Below, piece after piece: positions 38,385 to 51,328 of a stretch of DNA of 64,000 bases (the first letter of the stretch is position 1; each line of letters opens with the position of its first letter). The stretch covers positions 810,373 to 874,372 of the forward strand of contig JAAOMT010000003.1 in NCBI GenBank assembly GCA_016748015.1. The letters run 5' to 3'. The position numbers and the translations under genes are program-made. This stretch comes from Geosiphon pyriformis uo1. Lineage: Eukaryota; Fungi; Glomeromycota. The notes beneath the pieces were generated by a model. It had not been told where the DNA came from. It ran no database searches and saw nothing but the letters and a program-made list of their open reading frames with translations.

Positions 38385-41362
38385 TGTATGCATGTATGTA
38401 TGTATGTATGTATATATGTATGAATGTATGTATGTGTATATGTGTATATGTGTATATGTGTGCATGTATATATATGTATGTGTTATGTTCGTCTTATCCC
38501 TTTAGTTTCTTTATCGCAGTTTTTTTTTTTTTTTTTAATATTATTTCTCGAATTTGGTAATTTTCATATCAAATGATATCAAAAGACTAGAAAGTTTTTG
38601 CGTTAGGTGATACTACTTTTACACTTAATTATCTTGATCAAAAATTATTGAGAATACGTTTAGGAATGCATCGAGTCTTTGCATACTGTTCAAACATGCA
38701 AAATTTTAACTAGTTAGTTTCATGATTTCGTATTTGCTGATGGTAAATTGGGAAGTTTTAGAAGAGTGCACGGAAGGAATACATGTATGAGATGAGATGA
38801 AATGAGAATTTATTGAGGGAAAATAACAGGAATAGCGTTACATATTATTTGGTACTCTAATGATCTTTGATGATAATAAAATTTAAACCTTGTTTGATAA
38901 AATTAGAGTTTTGTGATCAAGTTTCAAAGATAGTAATTTGCATGCTAGAATTTGAAATTTCCAATTTCTTTTTCTTTTTTTTTTTGTGTTGTTTGAATGA
39001 ACATTTACTTTTTTTGGACAAACAGTAGTAAAAATATATATGTATCGAAGAAATAAGGTGTTACACATACTAGTGATTATAAAGTTTTTTGTAATACTGT
39101 TTGGGAGGGGGGATTGATTGATCAATTGAATTGAATTGAATTGAATTGATTTAATTGATTTATTTATTTATTTATTTATTCATTCATTCATTCATTAGTT
39201 GATCCTTAATAAGAAATATTTTATAAAAAACTTTATTTTTTGCGAATATGCGATATGAAAATACTTTAAATGTATAAAATTTTTTTGTACAATGAAGAGT
39301 TCAGAATATTTTGAAAAATTATAAATTAAAAAAATTTTATATTTCAAATATGAATTTAAGTTTAAAATATTTAACATTATTTGTAATTTTTTTGGATCAT
39401 TTAAGGAAATATTTTAATTGTTGTTTATTTAAAATTTATATTTGACAATAACAATAACAATAACAATAAGAATAAGAATAAGAATAAGAATAAGAATAAG
39501 AATAAGAATAATAATAATAATAATAATAAGAATAAGAATAAGAATAAGAATAATAATAATAATAAAAACAACAATAACAATAATAATAATAATAAGATTA
39601 TTATTATTATTTAGTTTCAAAATAGATAAAATTATAAATAAAAAGTGAAGAAAAAGATTCAATAATCATTAATTGAAGAAATTAATTTTTTTCAAGTAAA
39701 AGAAAATAAGATTAAAATATCAATGAGATTATCTTTGAGATTTCAAAAAATCTTTTAAACTAACAAATAATATTTAAAAGTTTTCAAATTTATAAAAAAA
39801 AAAAATTTGCATGAAGTATATAATTATAAAAATTTCATAATTTTTGAAATACATATATTTTGATTGAATTGGTACTATATTATTCAAAAAAATGGTATTT
39901 AAGTTATTTTAAATTGAGAAAAGACTTTAATATTTAATTTTATTCGGTTGTATCAAAAGAACAAACATGAGAAATATTAAAAACTCTTTTTTTTTTCACT
40001 TTTGAATTTACGAATCTAGGGATTTTTAATATTTTTGAAAGGCTGAACTGAACTGCATGATCACCTGGTACAACATTTTTAAATCAAGACATATATGTGG
40101 GTGAAAGGTGAAGATTTCAATGATGCAACATAATGTACATAGAGAATACAGCTTAATAAACCAAGGCAACAATAGGAAATGGTTTTCTATCAAAAATTCT
40201 TAGAATCCTGAGAAAAATAAAAAACTTGAACCAATAATCACGTTTCCATTTTTAGGTTTTTCTATGATCATTGAACTCTCAATAGAAAATGCAGCTGAAT
40301 TAAATTGATCTTGTTTTTTATCACTATGGTACTATTAAAAAATATTTTTTAAAACAAAACTTGAAACGAAATAACTCGGGGATTCTAATTTTTTGAATGT
40401 GTGTGATATGATATGATATGATATGATATGATATGATGATTCAGGGAAAAAAGAATTATAATTTCTGTTCAATTGATAAATCTATTGACTTCAAATTAAG
40501 GAAATTTAAATATTTTTTGATGTGTGATCAATAATGATTTTTTTATTTTTTTTTTCAAAGTAAAACTTTTTAGTAAGAGGGATAAATGATAACGCGTGAC
40601 GTAATCTTTTAAAATCTTAATAATAAAAATTTGATATTTTCATGACATATTACGATGATGTATTGGATATATGTCACCAAAATTTAAATCACCAATTAAA
40701 TCATGATAGTTGAATCATCACACACAAAAATTTGCAAACAAAAGCATAAAAACAAACCAGCATCCAACTTGTTATAAATTTCAAAATATTTGTCGTTGAT
40801 CATAATGGGAAATAATCATAAAGTAAACATTTTCTTAAAAAGGTTTACAGGCCATGTCAAAACATGTAATACTAACAATTTTTTCCATAAGAAAAAATGA
40901 GTAGTAGTAATTTAAATTTTTTTACACTTCAAAGATTCTTGTTAAAATTTAGAATTTGGGTCCGTGGAGATGTTAGTTTTGGTCAAGTAGAATCTTGAGA
41001 AAGAGTAATATTATTCAGTTAAAAATATTATTAAGATTAAAAATTTATTTATTTATTTATTTATTTTGTTTGTTTGTTTGTTTTGTATTGTTTTGTTTTT
41101 GTTTGTTTTTATTTGTTTTTATTTAATTATTTGTTGATATTTGGATATTTGAATATTTAGATTTTCATCATATTTAATAGTACCACGCGAAAGGACACGT
41201 TCTAGGAAAATTTATCATTTCCATTTCCGTTTTCCTTGAATTAAATAGGAATTATGGTCTAGATTTCGTTGAAAAGCTCAAAATTTCTTAGTCAAAATTC
41301 TAGAATCGCATTTTTAAGAAAATAAATCATGATAAGAATTTAATTGGTTATTATTATTATTA

Positions 41363-41421
<59 letters not shown>

Positions 41422-44400
41422 GTTGTTGTTGTTGTTATTATTATTATTAATATTGTTATTATTATTATTTAATACTTTTTTACCAATGAGCATAAGAGAT
41501 TTCGATAATGATAATCTTAAGAACATTAAATTTTTAATTTGTGATTTTTCTAAATAATAAAATAATTCGAGAATTAACTCGATTAATTCATAAAATATAT
41601 TAATACCGTGGGAAAATACTTTTTTTGTCAAAAATTTACAGCTGCGATAAATGATTTTAGAAATTTTTCTTTAATTTACTACTCGTCCGTTATAGTAGAC
41701 ATTCGATTTATCCCATAGAGGAAAAATATGATACACTTATTTGTTTCACAGTAATTTTATGAGATGAATGTATGACTGATAGGATTTCTAATTTTGTACA
41801 TTCGTAAATTAAAAAGCCTTAATAAAATTTACAAAAGAAAGTTTTCAACCAATAAAAAAAAATTTTTGGCGGATATGGTTTTTGACATTCTTACCATGGT
41901 AAAAGTTAGTAAACTATTATTAAAGCATGGTTAACATGAGTGATAAAAATGCAGAGAGAATCCACCGAATATTTGTGAATGGGTTTAATAATAAGCATCT
42001 GACATATATTTTTTAATTATTACCAACAGTAAAAATCATCTTAAAAGCTTTCATCATAAGATCAAAACTCGAAAATTTTTTGTATTTTTGATTTTTGATT
42101 TTTGGTGATTCGTTTATGTTCTATATGACGCGTGATACGTATATCAAAAATATATATTAATTATGATTATCAGCCATGAAATCTGTGATATGTTACAGTT
42201 GCATTAAAATTATCTTGTGATAAATCTATCAAATAGTAAATTTTAAAAATTTAAAACAGTAATTTTTTTTGACATGTTGATTAACTGTGCAGAAATTTTT
42301 AAAGTTGAGATTTCAATTGTAACTTCTTTTTTTTTTTTTTTTTAAGCATAATTATCTGAGGCATGGAAATGACGAAATTCAAAATAAGCATAATAAAATA
42401 AATAAATAAATCATTATTTTCATTAAAGATTAAATATTTCTATATTTAGTATTATTTCAAAGTTTAAAATTTTAAAAAACTTTAAAAATTTTGGTCATCT
42501 TTTTCATGCATCAATTTAAAAAAAATACAAATTATATGTATAAAAAGAAGAAGAAGAAAAAGAAAAAGAAGAAGAAGAAGAAGAAGAAGAAGAAGAAGAA
42601 GAAGAAGAAGAAGAAGAAGAAGAATAATTATTATTATTATCACCATTATACCACAATATCAATACTTTTATTCTCGTGTACATTATTTGTTATGTGCATT
42701 GAATAAAAGAATCAACAAAAAAAAACCTTTTTTTTTCACCAAATTTTTTAAAAAAAAAGAAATTATCAACCTTTTGATCATTGAGTTCAACCTGCATGAT
42801 CAAAAGCCAATTTTTTAAGCATAAATACAAAATCTTTTTTCTATTGTTCAATGTTTAATCATTTTTATGTTACCATTATGATTGATTTTCTTTAAAAAGT
42901 AATCGTAATGGCGTTAATACAGTATTAAACAATGTTTAAAGTCTGGAGAGTTCCACAATAGGAATTTTTCAATTACTTTAAAAATATTTTTTCGGATCAA
43001 AAAAAAAAGAAGTGACACCAAATATCAAATAGTCAAACATTCATGATTTTCTCTCGCGTGCTCACAATATACATTATACATTATACATTTTACATTTTAC
43101 ATTTTACATTATACATTTTACATTTTACATTTTACATTATACATTTTACATTATACATTCAATGAAAAAAAAATCTAAAATCTAAAGGATGAATTTCTCA
43201 GCATTGTATGCACAAATTGGACTATCATGGCGTCTGGGAACGTACTTTCAAAAGATCATCAGTGATCATGATTTGTTGCATTGTCCTGCCACGTGAATAT
43301 TTTTCAATCTAATTGGGAAATTTGTAATTTGATGATCGAACAAAAAGAACAATTGACATGTTTTACCTTTTGTTCTTTTTAGATTAGTTTTGGGATTTCA
43401 ATAGTTTTCTGCAGAAAAAGAAGGAAATTATTTTTCGCTAAAGTGATCATGAGGATTCACACTTTCAAGTCTAGTTTTTTGAATATCAAGGTAAGATCAA
43501 AGGTGGAAACCGAAGGTCATTAAAACTCAATCAAAAACACGCAAATCACATTTACTCAGTTTCAAGGGAATTTTTCGTGTGAAAATTTTAAATCGGACTT
43601 ATCCATTATTATTATTACTAAGAGCTGACATATAAACTTTTGAGTTTATAACTATACTGGTTTTTTGTTTATATTTTTTTGTATATTGGTTTTCAGTTGG
43701 TAAAGGCTTGACTCAGGTTCTGATTGAAATTGAGAACAATTTAAGTCACCCACCTAACCATCCATCCACTCACTCACTCGCTCACTCACTCACTCACTCA
43801 CTCGCTCACTCACCCACCCACTCAAAAGCAACCAGTTCATTATGCTAAATTTGTGTACAATGAGCTGACATGTAAATTGAGACTTTTTTCTGCAATTTCA
43901 TTTTGTTTGTTATTATTTTAACAAATGCGAATTATCGTAGTTTTTGAATTATTCCTCCCAAATTTGAAATATTTTCATTGTATTTTGAAAAACGCCACTA
44001 TCATACTATCACACTAAAAGCTCAGTGATTGTCTTTTTGAACAACAAAACAAAAACAAAAACAAAAATAAAAACAAAAACAAAAACAAAAACAAAACAAC
44101 AACAATAATAATAATAATAATAATTTATATGCTTTTTTGGAACATGTTTTATCAATCGATAAATCATTGGCAATCAAAAAAAATCCTCTTTTTATTTTCG
44201 TTCTTTTTTTTTGACATTTTCAAATTTTCATGCATACATTATAAAATAATACCGCCACATTTCCTTTAAATGATTGAGATAAACGACTCGTGTTAAATTA
44301 TGTAAAGATATATGGGGGTTTATTCTCGTAAGGGTATTTACCGTAAAAAGTGAGCTATTGATGAGGTTTTTGTTTTGGTTTCTCGGGTCAATATTTTCTG

Positions 44401-45815
44401 CCTTTCATAATTGAATAGAACAAATGTTTATTGTTTAAACAATGTCTGGTTTCAATACCAAATGAAAAAAAAAACGTGAGATCTACTGAACAAAGGTAAA
44501 AGAAATTTGTGAATCCTTTTGTTGAGAAGAGTTGATGATAATGAAAAAGGGTTGGAATTTTTTTTTATCCTTAAACCGTGTGAATGCTAATTAAGAAATC
44601 TCAAAAAAGAAAAAAGATTGAAAATGAATTTTTTTTTCCAAGAACAAATTTTATACGTAAAAAATATTTAATTGAAAAATAAAATTTGTTCAAAAGAACA
44701 TTTAAAGTTGTTTAATAATAATAAAACATAATATCTTTAAAGATTGAAAAAAAAAACCTACAAAAATAAAATTTAGAAATTTAATGATCATCATCAACAT
44801 CAAATTAGAATCTTTTAAACGTATATCACGTAATTTCCCAAATATCGTTTTACAAATGTGTTTGTGTGATGGTGATTGAACAGTTTTTTTTTTTTAATTC
44901 TGAAAATGATTATTATGATTTATTGATTATTTACTGATTATTATTGATTATTGATTCCCGAAAATTAATTTTTACAAGACTAATTAAATTTAGGATAGTA
45001 AAAAATGTTTATCAAAAAAAATTTCGCATTTCCGGAATTTTCATCTCATTTTGGTAATTTGGCGCACGCTTCAAAAGATTGTCTAGATTCATGGTAACTT
45101 TTTTTTTTCCAATTACAATTTAGATAAGAAATTTCAAAAAAATTTCGGTCTAACACTCAAAAAATAAAGACAAAGACAGTTACAAAGAGCATTTTATGTA
45201 TGAATGACGAATCTATAAAAAAATTGGGTTATCTATGTCATTTGCGTGGATTGACGGATTTCTTGCACTTTAATGGAAACACACCTCAACATTTTTTATT
45301 TTTTTACGTCTATCATGTTTTAATTATTTGGATCTTCATGTTGAATGTAGATTCAAATCGTCATTATTAGCATTTTGGTACCCTTTGTTGACTGACAGAA
45401 ATTCATTCCAGGAAATGAAAATTTTTATCTTTAACTTTAATATTCAAGTAAAGTTTAATTTTGACAAAAAAAGGTTCAAAAACTTTTTTCAGCACTTCAA
45501 AGTTTGGTTAAAAATTTTTAAAAAGAGGATGATCTAACATTTTTAACTAATTTGTTTGAATTCCTAAAAAAAAAGAAAAAAGAAAGGGAAATCTGAAAAA
45601 AAAGGGGCTAAAATGAAACATATATATTTTCGATTAAAAACAAATCCTTATAAACTATTTCATGACATTTCCTTGAAAACCCGAAATAGTTCATGCTGAA
45701 TCCTATAAAAATTATTGTTCCATACATGCCCAAGTTTGGAAAATTTTTTTAATGATCTTATTAACAAAAACAACCCTTTTCTTGGAAATACCCATTAAAT
45801 CTTCGATTCCCAACC

Positions 45816-45848
<33 letters not shown>

Positions 45849-46353
45849 TTAATTTCACATCAACTGATCCCTTCAATCCTTTTAACTCTTTTTACCCAAA
45901 AATAGTAAATTAGAATTTCGGATTTTCCTTTAATTTAAATTTATTATAATATATATAAAAATAGTTTTATTTTTATTTTGTTCTGTAGATGCAGATGATA
46001 ATGATGATTCAGATTTAATAAATGCGTTTCACGCGTGCGCGCATTTACAGGTCATTATTATTATTTTCACAATTCTTTGTTTCACAATATATAATTGATT
46101 AATAATTAGGAAACTTGATTTTAACAATTAGGGAACTTGATTTTAACAGTTAGGGAACAACTTTTATGTGATTATTGTGATTCAAAAAGGTGATTCAAAT
46201 GGGAAATCACTTTTGTTCAATTAAATTTATTTATTACTATTCCTAACTTAGATTTGTAATCATTTAGTCTAAATTAGTAATATCTTTTCTTTAGAAACCT
46301 TCTCACATTCTGCAATCTGCACTCAAATTTTTGCGTTTTATCATATCTTTTTT

Positions 46354-46388
<35 letters not shown>

Positions 46389-46737
46389 CTCTATCTCTTA
46401 AGCTGTAGAAAATTAACACATGACAGTTTGATTGTTCCTATCGCATAATTAAAACTACTACCTTGATTTCTTTTTTATGTATCATGTGAATTGCCGTTAA
46501 AACTTTAAACTAAGGCGAATATCGGAACAAAATATTTTTAACGTATATATTGTCACCACGCGATAGTTTTTAATTTTGTTCGTTTTAGTAAAGTCGCTTC
46601 TTGGTACTCTTTACAAAACCTATTATAACTGATGTTTATCATGGGATGATGCGTTAAATATTTCAAATTTTTAAAGTTCAAGAGTTGATAATTTTTGAGT
46701 TCATATGTTATAGTTATGAATAAGGAGTAAGTAAGTG

Positions 46738-46770
<33 letters not shown>

Positions 46771-47152
46771 TTAATTATGTATTGGTTATGATATTTAACT
46801 TTTGGTTGTATATTTCTTTCAAAATGGCTAATTTTATAACGTCATCATCAAAAGACAAAATGAAAGTAGGATTTTAAACAGGTTACTATTATTATAATTC
46901 CTGGTTGCATTAAAAGCGTCAATATGAATGGTCTTTTATACTACCATTATTTAACATTTATCTATGGATGGCTTTCATGCTATTTGAGCCAAATTTACTC
47001 AAAAATTTTTTTTTCTTGAATGAGGAATGAAGTTTTTAAGGGATTAATTCTCTACAAATGTTTTTACATTACTATGAATCATGCTATGAAAGACACAAAA
47101 TGCATGATATCATTGATAAAAAGAGAAGAAAAAAAACCATAATCAATTCAGT

Positions 47153-47199
<47 letters not shown>
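38385..47199. repeat. Field of simple repeats: (TATG)n 38385-38482, (AATTG)/(ATTT)/(ATTC) 39125-39197, (AATAAG)n 39446-39600, (GATAT)n 40406-40436, (AAG)n 42545-42623, (TACATT)n 43069-43160, (CACT)n 43766-43823, (AAAAAC)n 44045-44100, 22-bp unit x2.5 at 46104-46158, (AGTA)n 46726-46771, (GAT)n 47153-47199
   Basis: Directly visible; coordinates approximate. Confidence 0.9.
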
Positions 47200-47201
<2 letters not shown>

Positions 47202-47790
47202 ATCGCTATTTTCGTAAAATATTGTTGAAAGGCGTTTCTCTTATTCACAAAAAATGTGCATATTTATTGCCTGCAGTTTCAGGAAAAAAAAGATTTTTTT
47301 TTTTTCAAGTCTTACAAATAAAAAATATAATTCAGGTTTCATATTATTTTTAGTAACATTTTTTTGTGTAATTTATTTATTTATATCAAAAAATTTGGGT
47401 TTTAATAATAATAAATTAAAAATAAAAATAAATTTTAACAAATATTTATTATTAAACAGATTTTAAGTTTTAATTGAAACAGATTTAAAAAATAAACAAA
47501 TCAATAAATGAATTAATAAATAAATAAATAAATAAATTTTTCAATTAAATAAATATTCATATTTTATCATTTAACTTAAATAAATATTAAAATAATTCCA
47601 AAAAATTAAAAAACCAAATTAAAAAATACATGAAAAAGAATTTAAAAAAAATTATTTACTAATTTATGTTATTAATATTTAAAAATATATTTATTATTTG
47701 AATTTTTTGATTTATTGTTTTTTATTGAATCAATATTAAATAATATATTACTCACTTAATTTATTAAATAATTGATTTAAAATGTAATTT

Positions 47791-48356
47791 TGTTATAAAT
47801 TTTAAGTTTTTTTTTAAATTAAAAAATTACAATACTTCCTTATTTTGGGTTTAGTAATTTAAATTAAAATTAATGTATCTGAAATTAGTAGCTAAAAAAT
47901 TGTGAAGTTATTAGAAATTTTTTTGTTAAGTATAATTTGGTTAAAAAAAATTGTTTTAATGAATTATATTTATTTCAAGCATAAAAATTATTATTCTGTT
48001 GTAAAATACATTTTTTTAAAGAACTTAAGCTTTTTTTATACAACTTTACATAGGTTTTAGCAAAATTATACAAATTTCACTTTGAACTGTTTGAATTTTA
48101 TTTAAACTGTTTGAAATTTGACTAAACTACTTGAAATTCTAGTGAAACTGTTTAAATTAACTGAATTTTTATTTGTATTACTTGAAATTTTTTAAAGTGA
48201 TACATAATCTAATTATAATATTTTAATTATACTTGTAAATTCATGTAAAAATCTGAAACATTGTATTATTAATAATTGAATAATTAATATTAGATTCATA
48301 ATAAAAATTACGAATAATTTTATGATAATTTTTGAACTAAATTTTAATTAGTAACA
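47791..48356 (-). mobile_element. Probable solo LTR related to element C
   Basis: Termini TGTTAT...GTAACA; right end resembles 13400-13454; contains 20-bp tandem repeats (TAAACTGTTTGAAATTT..) at ~48080-48160 like LTR C. No clear target-site duplication. Confidence 0.6.
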
Positions 48357-48979
48357 ATAGTTATAGTTTAATTGAAAAATTGGTATAATAAACAAAAAGT
48401 CTGTTGGTTAATATATATATATATATAATAAACGCTTTGCATAATATTTTTATAAATAAAATATTTCTATCATTTATTTATAGTAATAATTTAATTATAT
48501 TTCTACAGTTATATTGTTTTATACTGGGTTTATAGTAATTATTTTTAATATATTTTACTGTTAAAAAAATTTTTCTTTTCCCGTATTTAATTAATTATAT
48601 ATTTAGTTACTAATGTTATGTACTTGACAATTTATTATTATTTTAATTAGTTATTAACTTGATTATTACCCAAATAATTAATTTAATAATTATTAAATAT
48701 ATAAATAAACATTCTAAAGTTGTAAAAAATATATTTAATTATTTAAGTACCAATAACACAATTTATTTTTTTTGAACTACGTTTTTGCTAGTAGATGATT
48801 TATTAAAAAAACAAAATAATATTTGGTATTAAATTTTAAAAGCACAAATTAAAATAAAAATTGTAATTGTGAAACTAATTACATTAATTGAATTTCTTAT
48901 TCATTTAATTTGCTTCTTAAGTATAAATTCTCTTACTTATTTTTATTTTTTTATACAATAACTATTTTCTTTGCTATTT

Positions 48980-49460
48980 ATTAGCATATTATTTCAATTT
49001 GTAACCATATGTTGCTAATAGTAAAAAAAAGCTTTATAATAAAAATTACATATTTGTTTGCTGTGTAGACATTAACACAAAAGTTGGCATTAAAGTACTT
49101 GTTAAATATTTGGTATTTAATGATTGAAACATACCAATATAATTCTATAATTCTTCAAAATTTAAAAAAGTTAAAGTTTTTGTATACAAATATAGAAATA
49201 TAAACATGTACACAACTTTGGCCAAAAAATTTGTATATTAAATTAATAAGATTTTTTAAAAATGCTAAAATAGCAGAAGTTAAAATTGCAAATTTAGTTC
49301 AAAATTTTATGATAATGTATTATAAAAGAATTTGAATTCCTTTAACTAAAATGAAATTGAACTTGAAAAAGAGTAATTTGATTGTTAATAACAATTTTGT
49401 GTTAATATGTTAAGTTTGTAGATTTTGGACAAATGTAATTTATAGGATTGAAAAAACTGT
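48980..49460 (+). mobile_element. Decayed LINE ORF2 C-terminal fragment
   Basis: VANSKKKLYNKNYIFVCC and FKNAKIAEVKIANLVQNF...RI*I resemble the LINE relic at 13455-14100; CpG-free, AT-rich. Confidence 0.45.
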
Positions 49461-50299
49461 TAACTAAATTACATTAAACCATATATAAAACAGACAATTA
49501 AATCCAAAATTAGCATATAGCTGCTAATAATAAATAGTTACAAAATTTTGCTAAAAACATTTTTAAATTTCAATTTGTAAAATTATTAAAAACTATAATA
49601 CAATATATTTATAGAAAATATTTTATTAAAAAGCATGAAATCAAAGCAAATTTTAAGGAAACTATAATTAATAAAAATTATAATTAAAAATGAACCCTTT
49701 ATAGAATTTTGAGAAAGTTTAAAACTTTCAAATAAAAAAATCTGAATAACGAAACTTTCATAATGTGAAATCTTTCGGAATTATGATTTTTCTGCAAACA
49801 TAATATCGATACGTTTGCCGCGAACTAACTGTTTATATATATAAACCCGTAGCCGTACAACCATTCGTTCAATACAGATTTCCATAAAATAGAAAGCTTT
49901 CTTTCCTTAAAATTGGGAAAATATTGCCTTATAATATTCAAGCCGGAAATCAGTTCCTTATTTTCTGTTAAAGAAGCAATGTTTTGAAAGATATTATTCA
50001 ACAGATTTATTTTTTTTAGATTTTATGTATGAAAATTTTCAGCGTTTCCATTCCCACCCACAATATCTAAGGGAAAATATTAAAGAAAACTTCAAGATAA
50101 TATGATTCTTAAATATATGGAAAACTATAAGAGGGTTGATTGTCTTTGAAAAGCAGGATAAATATTTTATATATTTAGGGTTCCAGTAAAATAGATGAAG
50201 ATTCTTTTATTGTAATTTCATCAGAAGAATCACAATAAATCATATTCAGAAAATCTATAGGAGGAAAGAATCCCTTATAATAGATGGAACTTCAATCTT

Positions 50300-50957
50300 T
50301 CAAAAGCACCTATTCTTCATATCAATCATGCCATTCAAAAGGTCCTTGAATTCTGCTTTCCAGTATGGATACCCACGCTGAATCGCCTTTCGATACCAAA
50401 ATAAAGCCTTATGCACATCTCGTTCCGTCCCCCGACAATACCTGTGACATCTTGCTAAATCTAATTGCGCAGTGGCAACACCACTTTTAGCAGATCTTAT
50501 ATACCACAAAAATGACTTTCTCTTGTCAATCTTCGTCCCAATACCTTTTCGATAACAATATGCAACATCACATGCCCCACACGGACATCCCCCCTCGGCT
50601 GATTTCAATGTCCAATAAAAGGCTATATTTAAATCCTTCTCAATCCCAATTCCTCCTCGATAATACCATCCAAGTTGACTTTGCCCATACAAAGTCCCCG
50701 GATTGTGCCGACACTTTATACCAGCCTATCGCTTTGTGATGAATTCGTGTGCCTACTCCATGGCGATAGCAGAATCCAAGTAGACAAGCGTATTCGGGAT
50801 TGGATGGTGCAATTTTCAAAAGTTGTTTAAAGATCTGTTCTGCTTCCATGTTTTTGGAATTTAGCCATTTATGTATTTCTCCATACAAGTTCCTATTAAT
50901 GAGGCCTGGATCAGCTGCTGAAGTGAATATTTTTAATAATTCTTCCATTAATTTCAT
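50300..50957 (-). pseudogene. Sel1-repeat protein, frameshifted paralogue of 54618-55256
   Basis: ORFs 50640-50957 and 50300-50692 together match the 212-aa paralogue; +1 base at GGGGACTTTGTAT versus GGGGATTTGTAT (~50693) and -1 base near the stop. Assembly error cannot be excluded. Confidence 0.85.
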
Positions 50958-51328
50958 TCCTTAAAAATATCTAGATAAATAAATAAGTTGATTTCAAATA
51001 TTTTCGTAACTTCGATTTCGAAAATTTTAGTACCTGAAAACAAGTTTCTAAATAGCTATTATCTTAGGATTGTTCTCATTAATAATCGTACTGTTTCACA
51101 AATAAATTCTGTACCTGATATTGGTGATGAAATAGGGTAGCTGATAATGGTTAGGAAAGGGAATAAGGTATTTGAAATATGCCGCAAAAAGAGTCCAAAA
51201 GCTAAATTTTGAATGACCTAGTAATTTAAACCTGAAGAAAAAATAGTACCGTATATGACCGGAAATAAGAAACCTATTTTGGTGATCATCAAGGCGATGC
51301 CAATCACCGATTTGTAATCACATTATGA

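Noticed and set aside
46104-46158. TTAGGG-containing repeat as interstitial telomere
   Set aside because: TTAGGG is part of a 22-bp unit, not tandem hexamers.
36387-47353. Homopolymeric ORFs (poly-H/Y/M/D/N/I/K)
   Set aside because: All are translations of microsatellites.
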